A DNA stretch of 64,000 nucleotides from the NCBI GenBank assembly GCA_949300515.1, contig CASGEP010000001.1, positions 6,740-70,739 of the forward strand, read 5' to 3'. The notes below the pieces were generated by a model. That model saw only the letters and a program-made list of their open reading frames with translations. It did not search any database and was not told where the DNA came from. Below are positions 1-7,264 of the stretch, piece after piece. This stretch comes from an uncultured bacterium (GTDB lineage: Bacteria > Cyanobacteriota > Vampirovibrionia > Gastranaerophilales > Gastranaerophilaceae). The translations under genes and the position numbers were made by a program. Positions within the stretch are counted from its first letter, which is position 1, and every line of letters starts with the position of its first letter.

Positions 1-1
1 A

Positions 2-670
2 GCGGCATATGATGCGACATATGCTGACTTGAGTCTGAAACGTCTGGCAGAAGATGTTTCGTACGATTTAAACATAGAATCTGCCGACCTGCTTGCCGAC
101 TTACAGGTACTCTGGAATGCTGCAGCACAAAGGAGCGAAACAATAAAATATACGATATACAAGCTCTCAAACCCTGATGAAAACAAGCCCGATGAGAATA
201 TTTTGAAAAAAATTATTAAACCTATTGCAAGCTTTTCAACACTTGCAGGCACCGCGCTGAGTTCAAACCCTTATATGGCATCGGGCGCATTGATTGGCGG
301 CGGACTGCTGGGCGCGCTTGTAAAGGATGATAAAGATATTAACTACAAATTTACAAAAGTAAGCGATGCGGATATGGTTCTTTTGGTGCGAAAAATTGAC
401 GATTTACAAAAGAAACTCTTAAATCTTTATATAGATTACCTTACAAAACGCGAGTTAATGGCGATGACACTTGACAACCTTGAAAAAAGGCGCGAGATTT
501 ACCGGCAGTCGCAAAAGGCGCCAAAAGAGGAGCTTATTATAGCGGACGTATACTACAGAAATGCGCAAAATGCCGCAAAAAAAGCCGAGTCAGAGTTTTG
601 GGCATCAAGAATGATACTTGAAAACCTCGTAGGCTCTGAAGTTTTGGCGCAAATAGAAGAGAAAAAATAA
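2..670 (+). CDS. hypothetical protein, 5' end outside window
   Basis: The frame is open from nt 2 (AAYDATYADL...), so the TTG at 29 is probably internal. It has a Gly-rich hydrophobic patch (GALIGGGLLGALV) followed by a K/E-rich helical C-terminus. No family recognised. Confidence 0.5.
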   Translation, partial: AAYDATYADLSLKRLAEDVSYDLNIESADLLADLQVLWNAAAQRSETIKYTIYKLSNPDENKPDENILKKIIKPIASFSTLAGTALSSNPYMASGALIGGGLLGALVKDDKDINYKFTKVSDADMVLLVRKIDDLQKKLLNLYIDYLTKRELMAMTLDNLEKRREIYRQSQKAPKEELIIADVYYRNAQNAAKKAESEFWASRMILENLVGSEVLAQIEEKK

Positions 671-1018
671 CTATTTGCTGACTTTTATTATCCACTTTAT
701 ATTTAAGTCGGTATTTTGAAAGACTTTATTTAAGTCAGGAAGATTTCCGTAATGATTTACACTTATTGCAAGTTCTTCAAAACCGTGCGTGCTGAGGCTC
801 TGACCGCTGCACTCCTGCCAGCCTTCCGGTATATTATCACCGTAAAACAGCACAATCGTCCCCACGGGAACGCCATCACCCATGCCGCCTACAATTTTAA
901 CCTGCGGCGGCGGTTCTTTTACTTTTTTTGTCATCACAGGCGCCATAACAACCATTGCAACAGACATCAAAAGTATTACTATGAGCATTTCTGCAAGTGA
1001 AAAAGCCTTCGTCTTCAT
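671..1018 (-). CDS. prepilin-type N-terminal domain protein with C-terminal phage-tail-collar-like domain
   Basis: The N-terminus MKTKAFSLAEMLIVILLMSVAMVV fits the type IV pilin cleavage/methylation motif, with Ala instead of Gly at -1 and Glu at +5. A Pro-rich linker follows. The C-terminus GTIVLFYGDNIPEGWQECSGQSL...LPDLN resembles the tail collar domain consensus (G.I..F.G..P.GW..CdGq.L...LPDL). Confidence 0.7.
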   Translation of the reverse strand: MKTKAFSLAEMLIVILLMSVAMVVMAPVMTKKVKEPPPQVKIVGGMGDGVPVGTIVLFYGDNIPEGWQECSGQSLSTHGFEELAISVNHYGNLPDLNKVFQNTDLNIKWIIKVSK

Positions 1019-1059
1019 AAGCTTATTTTATCATTTTTACAATTTTGTGCAATATAAAA

Positions 1060-1536
1060 TCAGCCGTATAATTCTTTTGAACTATAATTTCTGATGTATT
1101 CAAGTATGGCGCCGCCTATTTCCTCTGTCGGGTCAAAATAAGGGCTGTTAGGGTAAAAAATTTGCTTTGCAAGCATTCTGTTGAGCGGACCAAAAGCATC
1201 GGGCACAAGAGTTTTTCTGTAAATTCCGCTCAGCATTACCTGAATATCTGGTGAATTTGAATTGTTAAATCTGCTTATTGCAGGGTAGAGCTTATCTATC
1301 CCTTCGACTTTGTTATCAAGCATTCTGTTTAATACATAGAGCGCTTCAAGCGCCGCTGCCTCGCTGTTTGTGGTTTTAAGCACATACTCAATCTGAGGCA
1401 GTGCATTTTTACCCTCGCTCACAATTTGGTTTACCTTGTTCTCATCAAAAAGACAATAGTTCGTGTTTGTGTTTGCTCTTTTGATATTATTTCCGAGATT
1501 TTGTATACAGTAGCACGTAATCGGATTAATTGCCAT
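1060..1536 (-). CDS. hypothetical protein, HEAT/ARM-like helical repeats
   Basis: 158-aa ORF with an AAGGAG SD 6 nt upstream of the ATG, 12 nt downstream of the preceding gene. The helical repeat-like sequence (NSEAAALEALYVLNRML, SPDIQVMLSGIY) matches no specific family. Confidence 0.6.
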   Translation of the reverse strand: MAINPITCYCIQNLGNNIKRANTNTNYCLFDENKVNQIVSEGKNALPQIEYVLKTTNSEAAALEALYVLNRMLDNKVEGIDKLYPAISRFNNSNSPDIQVMLSGIYRKTLVPDAFGPLNRMLAKQIFYPNSPYFDPTEEIGGAILEYIRNYSSKELYG

Positions 1537-1548
1537 AAATGCCGCTCC

Positions 1549-3069
1549 TTATGAATAAACAAACGGAGGTCCGTTTTTAATTTCAAGTAATATGTTATCA
1601 GCCATAACTTTCAGTTCCTCCGGCGCCTTGCCCTCTTTTCTTTTTCGCTCAAATTCTTCTATCAAAGGGGCAATTGCGCTTTCTTTTTTTGCTTTAAAGT
1701 TTTTAATCTCAACTTCAACCAGTCGTCTTTGAAGATTTAACTCTGTTTTTGCGTTTTCCTTGATTACTGTAACTTCCTTTAGCGCATCTGCGCCCTGTTG
1801 AGCTATATAACTTGCCGAACTCACGCCCGCCATAGCAAAAAACAAGTTCCTTAAGAAGGGATTATTGCTGTGTATCAGCCAGTTGTACAAATGTCCGCGG
1901 GTTTCGTTTAAATAGCAGTAGAAAAATGATTTTCCGCTCTCCGTACTCATTCCTGTGGGCGCATTTCCCCAGATGTTTTCTACATTGCTTGATACGTATG
2001 ATGCTATATCTTGAGCTTCTTTTTCGCTAAAACCTGCATTTTGCGCACACTCTGCGGCCATTTGCCTGCTTGCTCCCATCTTTATAAGGGTGTCTTTTAA
2101 AAGCTGCGCATCTTTTGTTTTATTGTTAATAATATCATTTAAAATATTTTGTTTTGTCGATTTAAAATTATCAATAAAACTCTCCTGTAGTTTGGCACCC
2201 TCTTTAAAGTTTTTAAAAGTAATGACGGCAAGCACCGCACCGAGGGCAAGCATTGCACCCGAAGCGGCTAAATACACAGAGATTGGACTCTTGCCTCTTT
2301 TTTTCTTCTCATCTTTAGGGTTTGATGTGAAATTAAAATGCCTGCTGAAAACTAAATCCTGCTCATTATTATTTCCGGCGGCATTTTCAAGCACTGTTTT
2401 AAAGTATTCGCCCTTTTGACTCAACATATTTCTCTGCAGTGTGAGCTTGCCCGAAAATGCCTTTGTTTCAACATCTATTAAGCTCTCTTGTAAATCTTTT
2501 TGAATGTCTGCTTCCTGTTTTTTAATCCAAATCTGTTTAACGCCTTCAACGAATTTTTTGGCACTAAGGGTGAGTGCGCTAAAGGCAAATATAGCTGCAG
2601 CGCTCAGGATATTTTGTCTGTTCGGATCGCGTAGCGCCATGTATGTGGCAAAGCCCGTTTCTTCAACGATATTCATATTCATGCCCATGGCGGGAAGCTG
2701 TTTTATAACAGGCTCGCTGAGATTTTTTTTGGCGGAATTTTTAAACACAAGACTCAAGAGTGCACTTATTGTAAATATTGCGCCTGTACTCAAAAACAGG
2801 GGCATAAGGGCTTTTTTTGTGTCAAAACCGTCCTTTTCTCCGTCGTTTTCGTGCAGAAAAGAGTCCAAACCAGTTTCCTTATCAGGTATTACAAGAGTAT
2901 TAAACATATCGTTCAAACTTGTTGAGTTATCCTTGTTATCTTTAATAAAGTTATTTACGACAACTCCCTCAAGTGTGGCGTTTTTCTGTTTGAGCTGGCG
3001 ATTTGTCAGGTATCTTGAGTTGATACTACTGTATCCAGGTGTTTGAGAGTTTAATTTCGGTTCCGACAA
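1549..3069 (-). CDS. hypothetical multi-pass membrane protein with long helical segments
   Basis: 506-aa ORF with a TTG start preceded by AAGGAAGAAG. Hydrophobic segments include ALMPLFLSTGAIFTISALLSLVF, ILSAAAIFAFSALTLSA and ISVYLAASGAMLALGAVLAVITF. The C-terminus is K/E-rich. No family recognised. Confidence 0.6.
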   Translation of the reverse strand: MSEPKLNSQTPGYSSINSRYLTNRQLKQKNATLEGVVVNNFIKDNKDNSTSLNDMFNTLVIPDKETGLDSFLHENDGEKDGFDTKKALMPLFLSTGAIFTISALLSLVFKNSAKKNLSEPVIKQLPAMGMNMNIVEETGFATYMALRDPNRQNILSAAAIFAFSALTLSAKKFVEGVKQIWIKKQEADIQKDLQESLIDVETKAFSGKLTLQRNMLSQKGEYFKTVLENAAGNNNEQDLVFSRHFNFTSNPKDEKKKRGKSPISVYLAASGAMLALGAVLAVITFKNFKEGAKLQESFIDNFKSTKQNILNDIINNKTKDAQLLKDTLIKMGASRQMAAECAQNAGFSEKEAQDIASYVSSNVENIWGNAPTGMSTESGKSFFYCYLNETRGHLYNWLIHSNNPFLRNLFFAMAGVSSASYIAQQGADALKEVTVIKENAKTELNLQRRLVEVEIKNFKAKKESAIAPLIEEFERKRKEGKAPEELKVMADNILLEIKNGPPFVYS

Positions 3070-3772
3070 TTTCTTCTTCCTTTTGTTTTGGGGTTAATAA
3101 CTTTCTGATGGCTTCTTTCAACTGTTCTATTTCAAAATTTTTAAATACGCTCATCTCATCTCTTATTTTTTCGTCTTCTTCGAATTCTTCATCAATTCCG
3201 AATATGGCAAAAAATCTTCTAAAGCGTTTTTTTAGTGTTTTAATTGAGTCTGAAATTTTCTTTTCAATAAAATTCTGTACTTCGCCAAGTACGGCGGTAA
3301 GCTTTTCCTGCACTTTAATCAATTCGGTTTTTATATTTTCTGCAAATGCGGCTATGTTTTTTATGGTGTCAGGCAGGTTTTTTACAATATTAATTAACGG
3401 TTTAATTATATTTTCCGAAATAGCACTAAATACTTTTGCTACAGGTTTTGGCAGAGCGTTTTGGATATTGTCCAGCACTTTTTGGGTAACTTCACTTATC
3501 CCCGCCAGCTGTTTTTGCAATTTTAATGCCATTTCGGCATTTTTGAGCATTACCTCCCGGGCGGCCTTGTCCATAGCCTCTGCCCGCTGCATTTGTTTCC
3601 ACTGGGCATAACATTCCTGATAAGTCATCTCACCGGGGCGCCTCGGTTCATCCGCTTTCCTGCTTGAACCGCCTCCGCCCATGCCGTTACATACGGGACA
3701 GGCACCAAGCGGCAGCCCGTGCGGGCAGGTATTAGCGCGAGAGTTATTAACCTGTGGTGAATATCCGCTCAT
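3026..3772 (-). CDS. hypothetical protein with N-terminal CxHx7CxxC motif and amphipathic helical repeats
   Basis: 248-aa ORF. The N-terminus contains CPHGLPLGACPVCNGMGGGG, a zinc-knuckle-like motif. The rest is repetitive amphipathic helix. It is the first gene after the riboswitch-like leader. Confidence 0.65.
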   Translation of the reverse strand: MSGYSPQVNNSRANTCPHGLPLGACPVCNGMGGGGSSRKADEPRRPGEMTYQECYAQWKQMQRAEAMDKAAREVMLKNAEMALKLQKQLAGISEVTQKVLDNIQNALPKPVAKVFSAISENIIKPLINIVKNLPDTIKNIAAFAENIKTELIKVQEKLTAVLGEVQNFIEKKISDSIKTLKKRFRRFFAIFGIDEEFEEDEKIRDEMSVFKNFEIEQLKEAIRKLLTPKQKEEEIVGTEIKLSNTWIQ

Positions 3773-3812
3773 AAAAAATTCCTTGTGCTATTTCACCGCA
3801 ACACAAGGAAAC
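3773..3812 (-). terminator. intrinsic terminator / SD-sequestering hairpin (expression platform of the upstream riboswitch-like element)
   Basis: The minus strand reads TTCCTTGTG-ttgcggtgaaatag-CACAAGGAA followed by TTTTTT and then the ATG at 3772. The only SD-like AAGGA lies in the 3' arm of the stem. Confidence 0.6.
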
Positions 3813-3840
3813 CTTTACTACCTGCAGTCGGTTTCCGCGA

Positions 3841-3935
3841 CTGACAAGGTGATATAAGTTTTCCGACTTTACGGCTGCGGCCCAGTTAAGGATTTTCACC
3901 TTATTTCCTTTTTGTAAGGTCATAGTATCACTAAC
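3841..3935 (-). promoter_or_regulatory. cobalamin-riboswitch-like aptamer (short, class-II-like), copy A
   Basis: The minus strand reads AAAGGAAAUAAGGUGAAAAUCCUUAACUGGGCCGCAGCCGUAAAGUCGGAAAAC. This matches the conserved Cbl riboswitch core (GGAA..GGUGAAA.UCC..CUGG.CCGCA.C.GU). The core is nearly identical to copy B at 20817-20902. The hairpin AAGG/CCUU in A is AGGG/CCCU in B, a compensatory change. The closing-helix boundaries are uncertain. Confidence 0.6.
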
Positions 3936-4051
3936 AGTTTTTCCCGTCAAATAAATATTCTCTTAAGTTAAGATATATTTATAAATTATTTACTCTCAAA
4001 AGTCGTAAAACAGCATGCTGCGGTATTTAACAGGGAAGTATAAAATTTACT

Positions 4052-4137
4052 TGCCGGTGGCCGGAGTCGAACCGGCACGTGGGGTGAACCACACCAGATT
4101 TTGAGTCTGGCACGTCTACCAATTTCATCACACCGGC
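4052..4137 (-). tRNA. tRNA-Leu(CAA): tRNA-Leu (anticodon CAA)
   Basis: Cloverleaf read by hand. Acceptor stem GCCGGTG/CACCGGC, anticodon loop CTCAAAA, long variable arm and T-loop GGTTCGACTCC. Confidence 0.93.
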
Positions 4138-4297
4138 AGGTAAAATTAAATTATTCATTTGTCAAATTAAATTCTGATTATTCATTTGTCAATCTGTCTG
4201 ATGTGATGAAATTGGTCTACATATTTTCTAAAACATGCTCCGCCTGTTTTGCATCACACCGGCAGGTAAATTAGATTATTCATTTGTCAAATTAAAT
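4126..4297. repeat. duplicated tRNA-Leu 5' end plus leader repeats
   Basis: The ~46-nt unit catcacaccggcaggtaaa(a)tta(a/g)attattcatttgtcaaattaaat occurs at 4126-4172 and 4252-4297. The 16-mer attattcatttgtcaa occurs three times (4150, 4177, 4275). Positions 4202-4220 are an inverted, imperfect copy of tRNA positions 4114-4132. Confidence 0.85.
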
Positions 4298-4312
4298 AAT
4301 ATCAAAAAAACA

Positions 4313-5764
4313 TTATTTTTCCAATTCTTTTTTGATAATTTCATTTAGCAATTTCGGATTTGCTCTGCCTTTTGTTTCTTTCATAGCCTGACCTACAAAA
4401 AATCCAAAGAGCTTATCTCTGCCGCCTTTGTAGGCTGCTACCTGCTCGGGATTAGCCTCGATTATTTTTCTTGCAACTTCTTCAAGAGCAGAAGTATCAG
4501 ATACCACGCTCAGACCCTTTTTCTCTACAAGTTCTGCGGCATCTTCGCCCGTTTTCAATATTTCAACTACAAGCTGTTTTGCAATATTATTTGAAATCGT
4601 ACCTTTGTCAAGCAGTTTAAGCAATTTGGCAAAGTTTTGAACGCTCAGTTTGGTATCATTAATTGCCGTTTTTTCTTCTTTCAGATAAGCGGCAATTTCG
4701 CCCGAGAGGAAATTTGAGGCAACTTTGGGATTTACACCCAACTTTAGGGCTTCATCGAAGAATAGCGCCGTGTCCATTTGATTTACAAGGACATTTGCAT
4801 CATATTCGCTCAATCCAAGTCCCATATACCTTTCGATTTTCTGCCCCGGAAGTTCAGGCATTGATTTTTTAATCTCTTCAATCCATTCCCTGCTTATTTC
4901 AAGAGGCATTAAATCCGGCTCGGGAAAATATCTGTAGTCATGTGCATCTTCTTTGCCGCGCATGGATGATGTTGTGCCGCTGTTATCATCCCACAGACGG
5001 GTTTCCTGTACAACTTCGCCGCCTTCTTCAAGTATTTCGGTTTGCCTTACAAATTCATACTCAATAGCTCTTTGAAGCGCTCTAAAGCTGTTTACATTTT
5101 TGATTTCCGCTCTTGTACCAAATTCCTTTTGCCCTTTAATTCTGACTGAAACATTTGCATCGGCGCGCATTGAACCCTCCTCAAGGTTGCCGTCGCAAAC
5201 GCCGATGTATCTTAAAATATTTCTCAACTGTTCAACGTATTCTCTTGCCTCATCCGACGAGCGCATATCAGGCTCGGATACAATCTCCAAAAGCGGCGTA
5301 CCTGCTCTGTTTAAATCCACAAGAGAATATGAAGAGCCGTAAAGCCCTGCGGCACCCGCATGCACAAGTTTCCCCGCATCTTCTTCAAGGTGTGCACGGG
5401 TTATACCGATTTTTTTATTTGAAATTTGCACCCAGCCGCCTACGCATATAGGTTCGTCAAATTGTGAAATCTGATAACCCTTTGGCAAATCAGGGTAAAA
5501 GTATTGTTTTCTGTCAAATTTACACCTGTTTGGAATTTGCGAGTTAAGCGCCAGACCTGTTAAAATACCCATTCTGACCGCTTCTTTATTTAAAACGGGC
5601 AAGACACCCGGCATGCCAAGAGTAATTGCGGAAGTTTGAGTATTTGGTTCCCTTCCAAACTCCGCACCGTCAGGCGCAAATATTTTTGTATTTGTCTTGA
5701 GCTGTGCGTGCACCTCAAGACCTATGACCATTTCATACTTTTCTTTCATATCCTCAAGCGACAT
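4313..5764 (-). CDS. gatB: Asp-tRNA(Asn)/Glu-tRNA(Gln) amidotransferase subunit B
   Basis: GatB hallmarks are present (YEMVIGLEVHAQL, C-terminal GatB/YqeY domain). The start was moved to the ATG at 5764, which has an AAGGAGA SD. The longer ORF to 5860 adds a hydrophobic non-homologous extension. Confidence 0.93.
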   Translation of the reverse strand: MSLEDMKEKYEMVIGLEVHAQLKTNTKIFAPDGAEFGREPNTQTSAITLGMPGVLPVLNKEAVRMGILTGLALNSQIPNRCKFDRKQYFYPDLPKGYQISQFDEPICVGGWVQISNKKIGITRAHLEEDAGKLVHAGAAGLYGSSYSLVDLNRAGTPLLEIVSEPDMRSSDEAREYVEQLRNILRYIGVCDGNLEEGSMRADANVSVRIKGQKEFGTRAEIKNVNSFRALQRAIEYEFVRQTEILEEGGEVVQETRLWDDNSGTTSSMRGKEDAHDYRYFPEPDLMPLEISREWIEEIKKSMPELPGQKIERYMGLGLSEYDANVLVNQMDTALFFDEALKLGVNPKVASNFLSGEIAAYLKEEKTAINDTKLSVQNFAKLLKLLDKGTISNNIAKQLVVEILKTGEDAAELVEKKGLSVVSDTSALEEVARKIIEANPEQVAAYKGGRDKLFGFFVGQAMKETKGRANPKLLNEIIKKELEK

Positions 5765-5907
5765 GTTATCTCCTTGCTTCAAGCTTTTTCTTAAATATAT
5801 CACAAAAATAATTATAAAAAAGTTAATAATTCTTAATATTTTTTGCCGTTTTGCGCACATTATTTTTGTTATTTGAGTTTATTAATATAAGGAAGTGGAG
5901 TAAAGTT

Positions 5908-6666
5908 ATGAGTTATCCTCTAAATTATCAACAACAGTATATGCCGGCTATGGTTCCGACAGCTTCATGCGGCGCGGTATCGATTAACATTATGAATCCT
6001 ACTGTCGGCTATACAAATCCGATGGGACATCAGCAGTATTACGGCGGCGTTTATCAGTATCCGCAGGCAAGCTATTACAGTCAGCAGCCCATGCAGATAC
6101 CCTACCCGATGAACTATAACAACAATATTAACAATAACTCGCTTAATGCTTTAAGCGATGATAACAATGCAGCTCCGACACCTCCCGCACCATCGGTTGC
6201 AACAGAGCCGAATAACACACAGCAGAGTGAAAAACAGGAAGAAGTAAGGGAAAAAATTCCCCTGACGGATGATTACATAAAATCACTGGAAAATTATTTA
6301 AACTCTCAAGACCCGAAAATCCGTCTGATGGCTGCAAAAGACGTGCTTGAAAGGTTTAAAGAGGATCCCTCAAGACAAAATGATGTTGCACTAACCGCAC
6401 TGTTAAATAAAATACTGCAGGACCCCAACTCTGCGGTACGGTTTTTGGGACTTGCTTCACTTGATGCGGGTTATGCAAAAGGCGACCAGCTAACAATTGA
6501 TATATTAAATTCAATCAAAAATAATACACAAAGCGAACATGGCGAAGACTCGCGGCTTGCCTCGCAAATTCTTCTGAGATTGAGCGCGGGCGACAAAGTT
6601 AAGTTTACGCCAAAAGATTCGCAAGCCGAACAGACAAACCAAAGTGACGTCAAGGAGGCTGCATGA
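5908..6666 (+). CDS. Q/P/Y/N-rich low-complexity protein with C-terminal HEAT-like repeats
   Basis: Start at the ATG at 5908, after GGAAGTGGAG. The N-terminal ~100 aa are Q/Y/P/N-rich (QQYYGGVYQYPQASYYSQQP, NYNNNINNN). The C-terminus has HEAT-like units (DPKIRLMAAKDVL, DPNSAVRFLGLASL). It is a paralog of 7265-8350 and shares the AVSINI motif. Confidence 0.7.
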   Translation: MSYPLNYQQQYMPAMVPTASCGAVSINIMNPTVGYTNPMGHQQYYGGVYQYPQASYYSQQPMQIPYPMNYNNNINNNSLNALSDDNNAAPTPPAPSVATEPNNTQQSEKQEEVREKIPLTDDYIKSLENYLNSQDPKIRLMAAKDVLERFKEDPSRQNDVALTALLNKILQDPNSAVRFLGLASLDAGYAKGDQLTIDILNSIKNNTQSEHGEDSRLASQILLRLSAGDKVKFTPKDSQAEQTNQSDVKEAA

Positions 6667-7124
6667 AAATAAACAGTGATATAGTACTGAATGTCGCTTC
6701 TAAAGCCGCCTCGGCACTTGCCGTTGCGGCAACTGCTTATGATGTGCACACTCTGGGTGTGAGAGAAGCCAAGATTAAGCGCGAGAGCAACTATGCGGAT
6801 GATTTCATAGCCCAGCAAATCGGTGCTTCAAAGTTAAATTATCCGAGTCAAAAACATAACGTCATGAAGCAGTGGATTTTAGATTTTCAATATCCCCTGC
6901 AAATATCCGAAATATGGGATGCCGCAAGCGGTTATGTTACGGGCGCGCTTAAGGGTATAGGGTACAATATTGCTACACTCGGCTTTAGCGCACTGGCTTT
7001 CTTTGGCAAGAAAGGCATAAGCAAAAAAGCGGGTCTGTTTGGTTTAGGTATTTCACTGGCATTGGATTTTATTAAAAACAGTACAAATATTTTTGAACGA
7101 ACGGACTATTTAAGACGGAAATAA
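6663..7124 (+). CDS. hypothetical small membrane protein
   Basis: ATGA start/stop overlap with the upstream gene. Hydrophobic segments include AASALAVAATAY, IATLGFSALAFFG and AGLFGLGISLALDF. No family recognised. Confidence 0.6.
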   Translation: MKINSDIVLNVASKAASALAVAATAYDVHTLGVREAKIKRESNYADDFIAQQIGASKLNYPSQKHNVMKQWILDFQYPLQISEIWDAASGYVTGALKGIGYNIATLGFSALAFFGKKGISKKAGLFGLGISLALDFIKNSTNIFERTDYLRRK

Positions 7125-7264
7125 ATTGTTGTAATATAATAACGGCAGCATATACAACCTGTTGTTTACAAAACTTAATAAATTTTCAAAAAATAGCAAT
7201 TTATTTTTATCAGCAGATTTATAGAAGCAGTTAGAGAATATCTATTTAAAAGGAGATTATATAT

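Noticed and set aside
2090-3611. Plus-strand ORFs 2090-2419, 2504-3046 and 3039-3611 (109-190 aa)
   Set aside because: They are antisense to the longer minus-strand ORFs. Their S/F/L/I-rich composition is what the reverse complement of K/E-rich coding sequence yields. They have no SD and no family signal.
3747-3950. 67-aa minus-strand ORF upstream of and overlapping the 248-aa gene
   Set aside because: It is read straight through the riboswitch-like core and the terminator hairpin and overlaps the next start. The conserved RNA motif, duplicated at 20817-20902 in a non-coding context, explains the sequence better.
5765-5907. N-terminal extensions of the gatB ORF (to 5860) and of the 5851 ORF
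   Set aside because: The extensions are hydrophobic or non-homologous and overlap each other. Internal ATGs at 5764 and 5908 have good Shine-Dalgarno sequences and give family-typical N-termini.
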